A stretch of DNA of 64,000 nt from Squalus acanthias (lineage: Eukaryota), in NCBI GenBank assembly GCA_030390025.1, contig CM059438.1:68574001-68638000 (forward strand), given 5' to 3'. Both the position numbers and the translations under genes were made by a program. Below are positions 36,820-49,978 of this stretch, one piece after another. Numbering within the stretch: position 1 is the stretch's first letter; each line of letters opens with the position of its first letter. The notes under the pieces are model-generated. The model saw nothing but the letters and a program-made list of their open reading frames with translations, was not told the DNA's origin and did no database searches.

Positions 36820-37930
36820 ATGATAGCCAGAGAATCACCTGCAACGGCTTCTCTTCCCGCTCCCGCATCGTTACCTCTGGTATCCCCCAAGGATCTATCC
36901 TTGGCCCCCTCCTATTTCTCATCTACATGCTGCCACTTGGCGACATCATTCAAAAACACAGTGTCAGTTTCCACATGTACGCTGACGACACCCAGCTCTA
37001 CTTCATCACCACTTCTCTCAATCCCTCCATAGTCTCTAAATTGTCAGACTGCTTGTCCGACATCCAGTTCTGGATGAGCAGAAATTTTCTCCAATTAACT
37101 ATTGGGAAGACGGAAGCCATTGTTTTCGGTCCCCGCCACAAACTCCGTTCCTTAGCCATCGACTCCATCCCTCTCACTAACATCTGTCTGAGGCTGAACC
37201 ACAGTCTTCACAATCTTGGTGTCATATTTGAAATGAGCTTCCAACCATATATCCGCGCCATAAATAAGACTGCCTATTTCTACCTCCATAACATCGCCCG
37301 TTTTCGCCCCTGCCTCAGCTCATCTGCTGCTGAAACCCTCATCTATGCCTTTGTTACCTCTAGACTTGACTATTCTAACGCACTCCTGGCTGACCTCCCA
37401 CGTTCTACCTGAAGTGATCCAAAACTCGGCTGCCTGTGTCCTAACTCGCACCAAGTCCCATTCAACCATCACCCATGTGCTCACTGACCTACCTTGGCTC
37501 CCGGTTAAGCAACGCCGCGATTTCAAAACTCTCATCCTTGTTTTCAAATGCCTTCATGGCCTCACCCCTCCCTGTCTCTGTAATCTCCTCCAGCCCCACA
37601 CCCCCCGAGATATCTGCGCTCCTCTAATTCTGCCCCCTTGAGCATCCATGATTATAATCGCTCAACCATTGGTGGCTGTGCCTTCTGTTGCCTAGGCCTT
37701 ATGCTCTGGAATTCCCTCCCAAAATCTCTCCGCCTCTCTGCCCCTCTTTCCTCTTTTAAGATGCTCCTTAAAACCTACCTCTTTGACCAAGCTTTTAGCC
37801 ATTTGCCCTAATTTCCCTTATGTGGCTCGGTGTCAAATTTGTTGTCTTATAATACTCCTGTGAAGTGCCTTGGGATGTTTTACTACGTTAAAGGCACTAT
37901 ATAAATACAAGTTGTTGTTGTTGTTGTTGA
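36820..37930 (+). mobile_element. L2 LINE, 5'-truncated
   Basis: FHMYADDTQLY, AFVTSRLDYSNALL; (TTG)n tail at 37911-37929. Confidence 0.93.
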
Positions 37931-38666
37931 TAGAAATAGACTTTGTAAAGTGGCAAATTCTGCATTAACCCTTACGGTGAGAGTTGACACCATCAAGTTG
38001 GAAGTCAATTCTCACCTATATCATCTATCTTTGGAATTGTTGTTCTCTGTTTAACGTAAGATTTTTTTTTAAATGGTTACGCTGCATAGTAAATGTATTG
38101 GGGCTGACGTTTCATCAGAAATTACCCTGGCAAGGATCTGCATGATAGCCAGTCTGAGGTGCAGCGTGCTCCAGAACGCAGTTGCTCTCCTTCCAACTGA
38201 CATCAAGTGGCGTCATAGCTGCACTCAGTGTCATTTCAAAATAAGTCCAGTCTGCTTAACGTCGAGTAAAGCTCATGCAAATCACAGCACTCGCAAAATT
38301 ACATTCAAAACAGCAAGGGCTCTGTCACAAGCCATGATTTAGAAAATTACTATTATCAGCTGACAGCACAATGAATAAGCAGCCTCAAGTTGAATCTTCT
38401 CTTCCCCAGCATCACCTACTTGCCATATTTCCAAACTAACAGCCCGCCACTAATCTTCATATAGGAAGATGAAGTATGTTTGTCTAAGGAAGTGAACCTA
38501 GTATGGTTTGAAAATCTGCCGAGAATAAATATCATAGGAAGCATTCCTAGGTTATACATCATTGTGTCATTTGCACTATGGTACCGATACGTGCTTTACA
38601 CTCCAGTGCAAACTGTTGTGCTCTGTTATGGTGTGGGCTATTAAAGCATGAGGAAATGAACACATT

Positions 38667-39419
38667 GGACCGTATATTCCGATGCCTTCGGGTGTGTACG
38701 GGCTGTGTATACACCCGTAGGGACATCGGAAATGCCGGTTTCAGGCATGCGAAGTGCACGCGCTGAAAACCGGTATTTCCGATCTGTCAAGGATGCTCTT
38801 GACAGATCGGACGCCTGCCCTAGAGAAGGGCCTCTGCGGGCAGATAGTTCCGCTTTCTGGAGAACCTCCACCCGCAGAAAACCCTTAGAAATCTTACGCC
38901 TGGTAAAAGGCCTGCTTTTACCAGCATAAGAGTTAAAAAAAAAGTTTTAAAAAAAAATGTTTTCACTCATTTATAATTTAAGAATACTTTTAAAAAAGGT
39001 AAGGTTATTTTTAGCCTTGTAAAAAAATGTAATTTATTTTTTCAAAAAAATACATTTTTGTTTAAAATATTTCATTTATTGTAATTTCAACTCATTTTAA
39101 AAATGTGATTTAAAAAAAAAATTATTTAATGTTTTACTGTGTTTTTGGGGTGATCTCCATTCATATATTTGACAGGTCTATCTGTCAAGTGTATGAAGGG
39201 AGATTCCCTTCTTCTATTGGCTCCCCATGGCCCACGTGATCCCAGGGACACTTGCGAACTGCCTGCGCCCCTGGGATACGTGGCCCCTGTGCATTTCGAA
39301 TTTGGAGAGGCCCAGGAATGGAAGTATATGCACCTCAGGAGCCCTCAGGTAAGTTTGTAGATTTTTTCCAGATCGGAGGCCTCCGCATGTAGGAAGCCTA
39401 CAATTGGAAAATACGGGCC
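38667..39419. mobile_element. MITE family C, inverted copy
   Basis: TIR GGACCGTATATTCCGAT / rc GGCCCGTATTTTCCAAT; exact TSD ATT; reverse-complement homologue of 17405-18160. Confidence 0.9.
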
Positions 39420-39479
39420 ATTATTTCATGTGTATCTAGTTTACCTTTCATTTCCAGATTTGTGTCCACACATTTTGTT

Positions 39480-39915
39480 CAAGAGGGTGCAGAGGAGATT
39501 TACTAGAATCTCACGAGCGATGCGGGACTTCAGTTACTTGGAGAGACTAAAGAAGCTGGGGTTATTCTCCTCAGAGCAGAGAAGGTTAAGGGGAGATTTA
39601 ATAGAGGTGTTCAAAATCATGAAGGGTTTTGATAGAGTAAATAAGGAGAAATTGGTTCCTCTGGCAGAAGGGTTGGTAACCAGAGGACACAGATTTAAGA
39701 TAATTGGCAAAAGAACCAAAGGCGAGATGAGGAGAATTTTTTTTTTACACGAGTTGTGATCTGGAAATTGGATAAATACTTGAAGGAGAAAGATTTGAGT
39801 GGCTGTGGGGAAAGGGCAGGGGACTGGGACTAATTGGATAGCTCTTTCAATGAACCAGCACAGGCACAATGGGCCAAATGGCCTCCTTCTGTGCTGTATC
39901 ATCCTATGATTCTAT
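39480..39915 (+). mobile_element. CR1 LINE 3' fragment
   Basis: RVQRRFTR...LGLFSSEQRRLRGDLIEVFKIMKG; ctatgattctat tail. Confidence 0.9.
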
Positions 39916-41124
39916 ATATTTCAAATCTGTTGGCAATCAAAGACATAGGAGTTGCTTTTACACGTTGCAGATCCCTCAGAGAGCAGTGGGCCCTTCTTCT
40001 TGTATAAACGCAAACCAATGCTCCAAAGTGTGTTTGGCTTTGTGAAATAATAGTGGATTGTTGCTATATAACTGGCATTTAATTTTCTTCATTTTGTTAA
40101 AAAAATGTCTACATTTTGAACTGTGAGAAGAACAGTGGGAAAAGCAGAAGGTACTGTGCAGGTTTGATATAGTTAATCTGAAAACATAGGCCTAGAGATT
40201 CATCTCGAGCGGTGGCCCAAAACAGGCGGTATCAGATCGTCAGCCCAGTATACACAACACCTGATATTCAGTTCCACTGACTGCCTCCTAAGAACGAGGC
40301 CCTTATGAATTAAGCAGTGGTGCGGGCACACGTGCAAGTCAGGGACGGGCCTTCTTATTGCTAAGTTTGTAATTGTTGTCCTTGTTTTATGACCGTAAAA
40401 CGGGTGCAACAATGTTGAATTTGGTTTAGACCCTGATCACTTTAACCACATGTTTCAAGCAGTTCATCTGAGAAGTGTAGAATTTCAAGTGACAGAATAA
40501 AAAATGGTCTGACTGCGCGATCTCACTACATTATGAAACAGCAGATGTTACACAGACCCAAAGAGCATTGAATGCCCGTGCACTTCTTTTTATCAATAAC
40601 TGCCTCTAGAGAACTTTGAAAAGATTGTCTCTCTCATTAATATGTTGGTTTTCAGCAGGTAAGGTCACCGATTTGATTAATGTTTTAAGATTAGTATCTG
40701 GCACTGCAATTCTACAGTGGTGCAACATTCCAAAATAAGATCATACCGTTAAACCACGAGGGTCTGAGAGCACAAAGCTGTGTGTCCAGACATCTTTAAA
40801 GAGTTGGTGTAATTGTAATTTTTTTCTCTTGCGGATCAGATTTTCAGAATCAGCGCTGTAATGGCTTCACTTCTTGTCTTGATGTGCTCAGCCTTTCCGA
40901 GAAGATTGCAAATTCTGGGAAAACCAACTGGACCCAAGGGATTCTCATTCGTTTGCAGCTTGGAGAACAAAATGTGTTTTGAGATTTCAAAAGGTCTGCT
41001 TGTTTTCTATTGTTTGAAATGTTTTCTCTTCATATGTAATCTGTAGCTGAATGTAAAATTTGAGGAACGTGTAAAGCCAAACATAAATTGTTTCTTGCAT
41101 CACAGTCAACTCTGAAATATGTGA

Positions 41125-41337
41125 CAGCAACTTGCATTTATATAGCGCCTTTAATGTAGTACAAAAGTCGCAAGGTGCTTCACAGGAGCGTTATCAAACA
41201 CAATTGACACCAAGCCACATCAAGCTATAACTAGGAGAGATGACAAGGAGATAGGTTTTAAAGAGTGACTTGAAGAAGGAAAGAGAGGTAGAGAGGCAGA
41301 GAGGTTTAGGAAGGGAATCCCAGTATTAGGGCCTAGT
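41125..41337 (-). mobile_element. L2 LINE 3' end, diverged
   Basis: Homologous to 19250-19475. Confidence 0.8.
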
Positions 41338-42654
41338 AAGTGCAAATTAATGCATTTAATTGATCGACTTTAGGTTTTCATACAAGATAAATAATACTGC
41401 AAAGTATATTGTAATTTGTTCTATAGCCTGTAAGATTTGTTATGACAATAAAATTCAGGATAGAAAGGAAAATGTGTTCCACACACAGGCAATATCTGGG
41501 GTGACAGTTCTTGGAATTATTTACAGTAGAAAGTACCAGGAACAGTGACACTTTCAATGAAGAACACCACAAATGAATTTTCCGTCAACCCCACTGAGTT
41601 TCAAAAGAAAAGCTTAATGAGTTGCTTTTGATTGGCAAGTGTTATAGGCATTTTGAACTGGTACCTCAGGTCAGCACTTGATTGGCTGTGGAAACCCAGG
41701 ACAGCATATGAACAGAGCTGGTTGACGGTGTCCTTGGGAGGTGGCCCTTGATCTGAGTAGATATGGCACTTGGGTAATGGGACCTTTTATGGGTGGAGAG
41801 CGAAAATGAGTCTGCAATTGTAAAGGATGGGCCTCCCCTTTAATGACTTGAATGGGGAGAAGACCAGGGCAAGAGGAAAAGGCATCGCATGCAGGCTGAT
41901 AAGGTCACTGAAGGAAAGTGGACATGACAAGTGAGAAAGAGGCCAGATGATCTGAACAAAGAATGGTCTGAGCTGTAGCCTCACAGAGGTATAAAGAAAG
42001 AAAGGAGAGGCGTTTTGAAAGTCATAGAAAAAGGAAATCAATACGTAATTTAGGAAAACAATTCAGAAGAGTGAAAATGGATATGAACATAGGACTACAT
42101 AAAGAAAGCATTGTGATGTGACAAATTTTTGGAGACAATCTGAATATTAAGAAAGGAGATGCAATAGGAAAATAGTGGTTAAAACAAATGTAAGTAGATG
42201 GACATTGACAGAGATTGAAGAGTGAGATAAGCTGTCTGCAGAATGAAAAAAATAAATCAATTGAAAAACAAGAATAAAAATGGAACAGGAGAATCTGTGG
42301 GTAGTTAATAAAGCAAACATAAAGAGGAGAACTGAAAGGCAGCAGATTAAATCAGAGTTTTGACAACAGCGAAGTGATAATTTCTAATTTTCCTTTAAAG
42401 CGGAAGATTTATTGGTGCAAGATGAATTTCTGCTGTAACTATATCTGAGGGAAGATCAGAGACTGCAGGCAGCAGGGATGCAATAACCACAGTGTACTTT
42501 CACTTAATGGGACTTTAGAAGAAATTTCTATTTGATTCATTTTGCAAATCAACTAGTGACAGCGGAGTCGTTGCTGAGCTGTTTGCTTGTTAACTGGAAG
42601 CCTCTTTCTACCATTATTTGAATGCTGTGAAGCGTATCCTCACATTTGGTAGGT

Positions 42655-43740
42655 ACGGAGAAGTTATTTCCCCTGGTGGGGGAATCAAGAACAAGGGGAC
42701 AATGGCCCTGAAATTCGCCTCTCCGGCTTACCGCGGGGGTAAGGATCGCGCGCGCACTTACCTACCGCACCTGCCGTTGACCTCAGGGCCCACGGGAACT
42801 TCAGCTCCTGGGCCTGCTCCAAGTGCCAGCGCGCAGTGCTTGCGTGTTCCAGGGGCGTAGTTAGTGCGATGCGTCCCCTGGGATCACGTGGACCATGGAG
42901 AGCCAATGGCAGCAGACCATCTTTCATTCATAGATTTGACAGGACCTGTCAAATCTATGAATTGAAATCGGCCCCAAAACAACAGCTAAACTTAAAATAA
43001 TTTTTTAAAAAACCATCACATTTATAAAATAACTATAAGTTAAATAAATTAACTACTTTAAACAATAATTAAAATTTTTGAAAAAATTAAAATAATTTTT
43101 AACAGTGCTAAAAATAAACTTACCTTTCTTTAAAGTATCTAAAAAAGATAAACCTGTTGAAAAATTTTTTAAATTATAATTAATTAACCACTTACCTTGT
43201 TGAAAACGGGTCCTGCGCCTCCTTTTTAAAAGCGCAGGTTCTTCAATACTTACCCTCGCGTAGAAACCTGAAAAAAAACCTAAGTTTGCTGCGTGCGCGC
43301 AGCCTCTACTGCGCACGCGATTCACCTCTGAACGGCTCCCTCCACCAGACCGGAAGTTCCGGTTTCCCGCGCATGCGCAGTGCATGCAGGAAATCGGCAC
43401 TTCAGGAGGCTTTGCGGGTGTACTCACCCGGGAAGGGCCGAATTTTTGGCCCATTATCTTAAAGTTAGAGCATGGCCATTCAGGAGCGAAATCAGGAAGC
43501 ACTTTTTCACACAAAGGGTAGTAGAAATCTAGAACTCTCTCCCCCAAAGGGTTCTGGATGCTAGGACAATTGAAGTTTTCAAGACTGCGATTGCTAGATT
43601 TTTGTTAGGTAAGTGTATCAAAGGATGTGGAGAAAGAGCAAGTAAATGGAGTTGAGGCGCAAATCAGCCATAATCTAATTGAATATCAGAGCAGGTTCGA
43701 GGGGCTGAATGGTCCACTCCTGTTCCTTATGTTCCTATTT
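42655..43740 (+). mobile_element. CR1 3' fragment interrupted by MITE family B
   Basis: tttcccctggtgggggaatcaagaacaaggggac, then the MITE, then atcttaaagttagagc...ctcctgttccttatgttcctat. Confidence 0.85.
42704..43452. mobile_element. MITE family B (749 bp)
   Basis: TIR GGCCCTGAAATTCG / rc GGGCCAAAAATTCG; flanks AAT/ATT; AT-rich core homologous to family A. Confidence 0.88.
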
Positions 43741-44998
43741 GGCGGTAACATCTTATCCATACCCATCTGATGGATGGTCCTGACCAACGACCCATTACCA
43801 GCCACCTCAATAAATCTCATGTTTATGGGTTTTTATGCTGTGTCCAGTTGTCTTCTGATGTCCAGTGAGAGGATACAGTAATCATAGTACCAGAAAGAAG
43901 CATGTTAGTTGTCATAGATTGCTTGCAAAATAAGGAAATGAATGGCCACAAAATGTACATCCAGAAGTTAGTCTATTGTATTCTTTCATTGCATGGTCGA
44001 CGTCAGCTGTTTATTGTGGCCAAGACTGATACACGAGTGGTTTAAGGAGTGATGATTTGGTGGCAGATCAGATCAGTGCAATGCCCTTACACTCTTGTGA
44101 CTTGAATGTGAATCCAGCTCACATAGGATGGTTGTAATAGCTGTGAAGGATTATCATAAATCTTCAATTATAAGATGTCTTTGCATCCCAACATTGGGCT
44201 TTTAGTAAAATTGCAGCATGTTTGTGTCATACACCCTGCTCCCTACTTTCGGCTTTTAATACATAAATTATTGGGCCTCGTGGTTTTGCAAAGAGCTACA
44301 GTACGATAGAAAAGTTTAAGGTAGTGGGGTACACTGAGGCGAATGGCATTAGAACACAAGCTTAGGGTGAATGGAGTTAACAGGAGACATTGGTAAGGCT
44401 CCAAAATGGCCATCCATCAATGTCCACCCAGGAGAGTGAAATGATCAGGGCTCCAGACATCACTGTGGGTTCTCTCAGTACAGCTCAATAACCTGTCACC
44501 AGGAAATGTATCTGCTGCCCTGTGCAGTGCTGAGCTGCTCTGAAAATACTTTCAACTTCATTACAGGCCTTGATTTTTGCAGAATATTGTTTCCTTCAAT
44601 ATTTAATGGGAAGCTTTCCAGACCCAAATGACCTTGATTTGACCTCAAGTTACGAAGACTCATTAACAATCTTGAAGTCCTTACTCACTGAGAAGTGCAT
44701 AAGAGTGAAATTGTTTTTTAAATTCACACAGTGATGAGCAAAATAAAATATATAGCGGAAGTGAAGTGTATAATATTTCTGTAGACACATTTTGTTGCAA
44801 CAAGGGTGAGTGAACTATTCAAATTTGAATTATCCATTTAATTGAGTCTTAAATCAAGTACTGAACAACTTTGCTTGTAGAACATTATTTGTATTACTAC
44901 AAAAGCAAAATACTGCGGATGCTGGAAATCTGAAATAAAAACAGAAAATGCTGGCAATACTCAGCAGGTCAGGCCAGCATCTGTGGAGAGAGAAACAG

Positions 44999-45035
44999 AG
45001 TTAACGTTTCAGGTCGATGACCCTTCGTCAAAACT
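44999..45035 (-). ncRNA. Minimal hammerhead ribozyme motif with a mutated core
   Basis: Minus strand AGTT-TTGACGA-AGGGTC-ATC-GACCT-GAAA-CG-TT-AACT; the first C of CUGANGA is replaced by T. Confidence 0.65.
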
Positions 45036-45282
45036 GGAAAAAGCTGGAGATGGAACAGGTTTTTAAGCAAGTGTAGGGGCAGGGAAAGGGGGGAGGGAAG
45101 GAAAGAACAAAAGGGAAGGTCTGTGATAGGATGGAAGGCAGGAGAGTTTAAGAGACATTAAGAGAGATTAAGAGATGGTGCAAGGCAAAAGGAGATGGTA
45201 ATGGGACAAGTTAAGAAACAAAAGATGGCTCTAGATGAAGTGTAAATGGCATTGGCAGAATGAAAGACAGCTGCCATGTGGG

Positions 45283-46141
45283 AGACACAGTACTGCCCCC
45301 CGATTAGCAAAATCCACGACAAGGCCTTGGACAACATGGACCACTTTCCATACCTCAGGAGCCTACTGTCAACAAGGGCAGACGTCGACGACGAAGTCCA
45401 ACACCGCCTTCAGTGTGCCAGTGCAGCCTTCGGTCGCCTGAGGAAGAGAGTGTTTGAAGACCAGGACCTCAAACCCGGCACTAAGCTCATGGTCTACAGA
45501 GCAGCAGTGATACCCGCCCTGCTGTGTGCCTCAGAGACATGGACCATGTACAGCAGGCACCTCAAAGCACTGGAGAGGTACCACCAACGCTGCCTCTGCA
45601 AGATCCTGCAAATCCATTGGCAGGATAGGCGCACCAACGTCAGTGTTCTTGCTCAGGCCAACATCCCCAGCATCGAAGCTTTGACCACGCTCGATCAGCT
45701 CCAATCGACGGGTCACATTGTCCGCATGCCCAATACGAGACTCCCAAAACAAGCGCTCTACTCGGAGCTCCGGCACGGCAAGAGAGCCCCAGGTGGGCAG
45801 AGGAAACGCTTCAAGGACACCCTCAAAGCCTCCTTGAAAAAGTGTAACATCCCCACCGACACCTGGGAATCCCTGGTCCAAGACCGCACAAAGTGGAGGA
45901 GAAGCATTCGGGAAGGCGCCGAACACCTCGAGTCTCTTCGCCGGGAGCAAGCGGAAGCCAAGCGCAGGCAGCGCAAGGAACGCACGTCAACCCAAGCACC
46001 CCACCCACCTGCTCCTTCAACCACCGTCTGCCCCACCTGTGACAGAGACTGTAGGTCCTGCATTGGACTCTTCAGTCACCTGAGAACTCATTTTTAATGT
46101 GGAAGCAAGTCATCCTCGGTTCCGAGGGACTGCCTAAGAAG
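45283..46141 (+). mobile_element. RTE-clade LINE 3' end with an uninterrupted ORF
   Basis: HFPYLRSLLS, ASAAFGRLRKRVF, TKLMVYRA, ETWT, GHIVRM, RLPKQALYSEL, GGQRKRFKDTLK and a terminal C2H2 finger CPTC...SHLRTH; short 3' UTR ending taagaag. Confidence 0.92.
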
Positions 46142-47954
46142 GTGGGGGGAGAGAGAGAGAAAAAAAATAAATGGAAAGAAAGGGATAGGGGTAGAGGTTA
46201 TGGTCTGAAATTGTTGAACTCTATGTTGAATCCAGAAGGCTGTAAAGTGCCTAATCAAAAGATGAGGTGCTGTTCCTCGAGCTTACGTTGAGCTTCATTG
46301 GAACAGTGTAAGAGGCCGAAGATGGTGAGTATTTACCGTATTATTTACATTACATTTTGTTTCATGTGGCTAATCTTTTGGTCACTATGGCCCAGCCTTG
46401 TTGAATTTCTCACTGGAACTTACTGCCTTACATTATTTCTGCCTGCTTTCAAAACTACTCAACACACTTCTTTTGAACCACCTCTCTCCTCTCCCCCCTC
46501 CACATTTTCCATTCTCCTTTTATTTCTTGTTCACTGTTTTTACTCTGCCTTGAAATCACTGAGTTACATCTCTAGCTAAGAGGAACAGAATGTAAACTAT
46601 TGCAGAAACAGCCATCCTGGCTGGCAATAGACTCCAATGAGTCCTGTTTCACTGCCTAGCTTTCTGTCTCTCTTGTTCTCTCTTTGGGCCTTACCTGCAG
46701 GAAGATTCAAACAGAGTCCTTGGGCATATATTTGGAGATGGGTGAAATGGTTCCAGAACTAATTCAATCCCTTTGAAGCTTCCACTCCCAGATGTTGCAT
46801 TTAAACAGCCATTAAAGATAAGAAAAGCTGCTCTAAAGTCAAAATAACACTAGAAATGGCATGAAATGAAGTCACTGCACAATCGTTCAGACACACGAGA
46901 TGCTGGTTGAAACAATTCTTCCTCATGACTAATTTATAAAGGGTATAACCCTAATTTTAACAGGGTGATAGGTACTGGTGATAACTGAATGTGACTTCAA
47001 CTCTAGATCACGAGGGGAAAGTGTATACTACAGGAGATATAGAGTCTTTCAGAAGCGCCTACAATGAGCACGATGATTTGGGAAATGTAAAGTTCCATTT
47101 GGGTCCTGGCTTCGATTACTGTCAAATGGTTATTTAGGTTGAAAGAGTAGATTAATAGAAGCAGAGGGTCTACTTCTGCTACTAATGCTACCTGCTCCAA
47201 CTGTGCTGTTATCCAATGGGCAATGCCATTATGTTCCCATTAAATGAGTTTGAGAATTACTTGATCCTTCATCTAACTTGATGGTAATATCATCAACAGC
47301 AGCAGAGCGTTGCAGCTGCAGGGTATATTTTGGGAGTGAATTAGAAGAAAAAGAAATAGAAAGAGGGCAAGATGAGAACAAATGTCAGTTCTTTGGTTCT
47401 GGACCCAGTTCTCTGCATCCCCAAATGAAAAATTATGCAAATGTAATGGTTACACAAGAATACAAGAATAATTATATCATCAAATGGCAGTAATAAATTC
47501 AGTTGTGGCATTTTTGACTTGGCAAATATTTCAAGATTCATCAGAAAGTAGCGCAAAGTCTTGCTTGCTTTTTGAAACAAAAGATTGTTATTTTTGCTCA
47601 CCTCCCGCCCCCTCACGGTACTTCTAATTAGATCACTTAAGTGGCCCTCGATGGAGCTGACAGGAAAATTATATTTAAATGGAGGTGGCCTTGTGGCATA
47701 TCTTATTGGTGCACCAAGCAGTAGCACAAAGATTCATTCTGTAATTACTTCTGCCTGGACTTCCCAACCTCATCTAGATTTTCAGGGGAAGAATTGAGCA
47801 TGGTTGAGTCACCTTGTACCACTCTGACACAATTGCAGATGTGAATAAAATGCACAAGGAGCAAGACAGTTAAACAGCCACCATTTTCATCTCTAACAGC
47901 ATTGCTACTGTCAGTCCCTCAACCCATCCACAAACCATGGGCAGTACAAGTCAG

Positions 47955-48605
47955 GAGCATAGGAACAGGAGTAGGCCATTTAGCCCCTTGAGCCTGTGCC
48001 GCCATTCAGTGAGATCATGCTGACCTGTGACCTAACTTCATATGCCCGCCTTTGCCCCATATCCCTTAATACCTTTGGTTAACAGAAATCTATCAATCTC
48101 AGATTTAAAATTAACAATTGATCTAGCATCAATTGCCGTTTGCGGAAGAGAGTTCCAAACTTCTACCACCCTTTGCGTGTAGAAGTATTTCCTAACTTCA
48201 CTCCTGAAAGGCCTGGCTCTAACTTTTAGACTATGCCTCCTAGTCCTAGACTCCCCAACCAGTGGAAATAGTTTCTCTCTATCTACCCTATCAGTTCCCC
48301 ATAATATCTTGAAAACTTCAATCAAACCAACCTTTAACCTTCTAAGTTCCAGGGAATACAACCCTAGTTTGTGTAATTTCTCTTCGTAATTTAACCCTTG
48401 GAGTCTGGTAAATCTGCACTGCATTCCCTCCAAAGTCAATATATCCTTCCTAAGGTGCAGTGCCCAGAACTGTACAAAGTGCTCCAGGTGTGGTCTAACC
48501 AGGGCTTTGTACAGCTGCAGCATAACTTTTACCTCTTTGTATTCTAGTCCTCTAGATATAAAGCCCAGCATTCCATTAGCCTTTTTGATTACATTCTGTA
48601 CCATT
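47955..48605 (-). mobile_element. CR1 LINE 3' fragment
   Basis: ORF 48038..48604: KKANGMLGFISRG...LVRPHLE...VWNSLP. Confidence 0.92.
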
Positions 48606-49029
48606 TCCAGCAGAGGCTAAAGGGATCCTTACCTGCTGTCAGCTCAAATGCTCCCATGATTTGGGAGGCATTTTGCTTGTATTCACAACAGCCCAAACTG
48701 GCTGACTATTTGTTATGCAAGCTGGGTTGAGCGTGAAATAAGATTGCACTGGGTAAAGAGATTTTACTGCAACATGAGTCAACTCAGCTACTTTGTCCCA
48801 CACCAATATCTACTTCCTAATTTGCACATATTGTCAATTCAATTATACCAGCATCAAGCTAACAGGTGAACAAAGGAAAGGCAAAGAGTTGCTGGGAAAT
48901 CCTGCTTGGATCCGTTGACCACATATTGCTAAAACGTTGCTAGGTTGTGAACCAATCTTAACAGAACTGCATTAACCCTCAAAGTTCTTGTGGCTATGTC
49001 ATGCTCCTGGATTTGCTCACTTGGTATCA

Positions 49030-49420
49030 CCCTGCCACTGAGTTAGAAGATTGTGGTTTCAAGCCGCACTCCAGGACTAAACCGCAAAACTGGATCCAAC
49101 ACTCCAATGCAGTGCTGAGGGAGTGCTGGATAATGGGAGATGCCATCCTGTGGATGAACTGTTACACTGAGGACCTGTCTGCCTATTACAGTAGACGTCA
49201 AGGACTAGGTACTATTCAAAGAAGAGCAGATCATTCTGCTGGCCAACATTCCTTCCACAACGAGCAGCCAAAAAAACAAATGAACTAGTCATTCATTTCA
49301 TGGCTCTTGCTGGGATCTTACTGTCCACAAAATGGCTCCACATTTGCCTACACAATATGTTCTGTAAGTGAAGTGCTTTGAGATATTTCTGAGAGATTGA
49401 TAAGGTACTGCCTAAATCCA
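49030..49420 (+). mobile_element. Diverged Deu-domain SINE
   Basis: ggtttcaagcc (B-box-like), gcagtgctgagggagtgctg and gtgaagtgctttgagat; resembles the reverse complement of 35107-35440. Confidence 0.6.
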
Positions 49421-49700
49421 CATCTTTTTTCTGCAAAATTCTAAACACCAATGATCTAAGATTAGATTAGAATCATTTTGTTCAGATCAGAATCACTGCC
49501 CTTGAGGTGTATCCCATTACAGGATTAGTTTTGTTTCATAATGAATGGATACATATTGACTCATCAATAATCATCTCCCGGTCCTTTTTCTTCCCCACTT
49601 TTACTCGTGGGCAGTCCTTCATCGTGTACATGTGGTTAATGTATCTTGTTTCAGTATTTAAGGGACAAAGTATTCTATTCCATATTACATAGTATTACAT

Positions 49701-49978
49701 TATTGTCGCTGCCGCGAAGCACGAATTGAGGCCGAGTCAATATGTGGAGCACATGGCTTTTAATTACATACTCCTTGGCAAAATGGCTGCTACAACTTCT
49801 CTCTGCAAAACCCTACTGGTTGAGGGCGACGCCCGCTCTTTTTAAGTTCACACTGAGGGCGACGCCCACTCCTTTTTTCATGCCTTAAAGGCAGCATGCG
49901 TCGTAAAGGCAAGGTGCCCGATTTATTGTCCACGGACGGAAAAGTGGATTGCGCCCGTTTAGGTGGCGATCCGGCACA
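49701..49978 (-). repeat. 3' LTR
   Basis: Direct repeat of 52870-53147; on the minus strand it follows the polypurine tract TCTGGGGGGAGCTG (~49979-49992). Confidence 0.9.

Larger units (their letters stand above)
44900..46325 (-). mobile_element. Penelope-like element 3' fragment interrupted by an RTE LINE
   Basis: 44900-45280 and 46185-46325 are homologous to 21666-22180. Confidence 0.88.
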
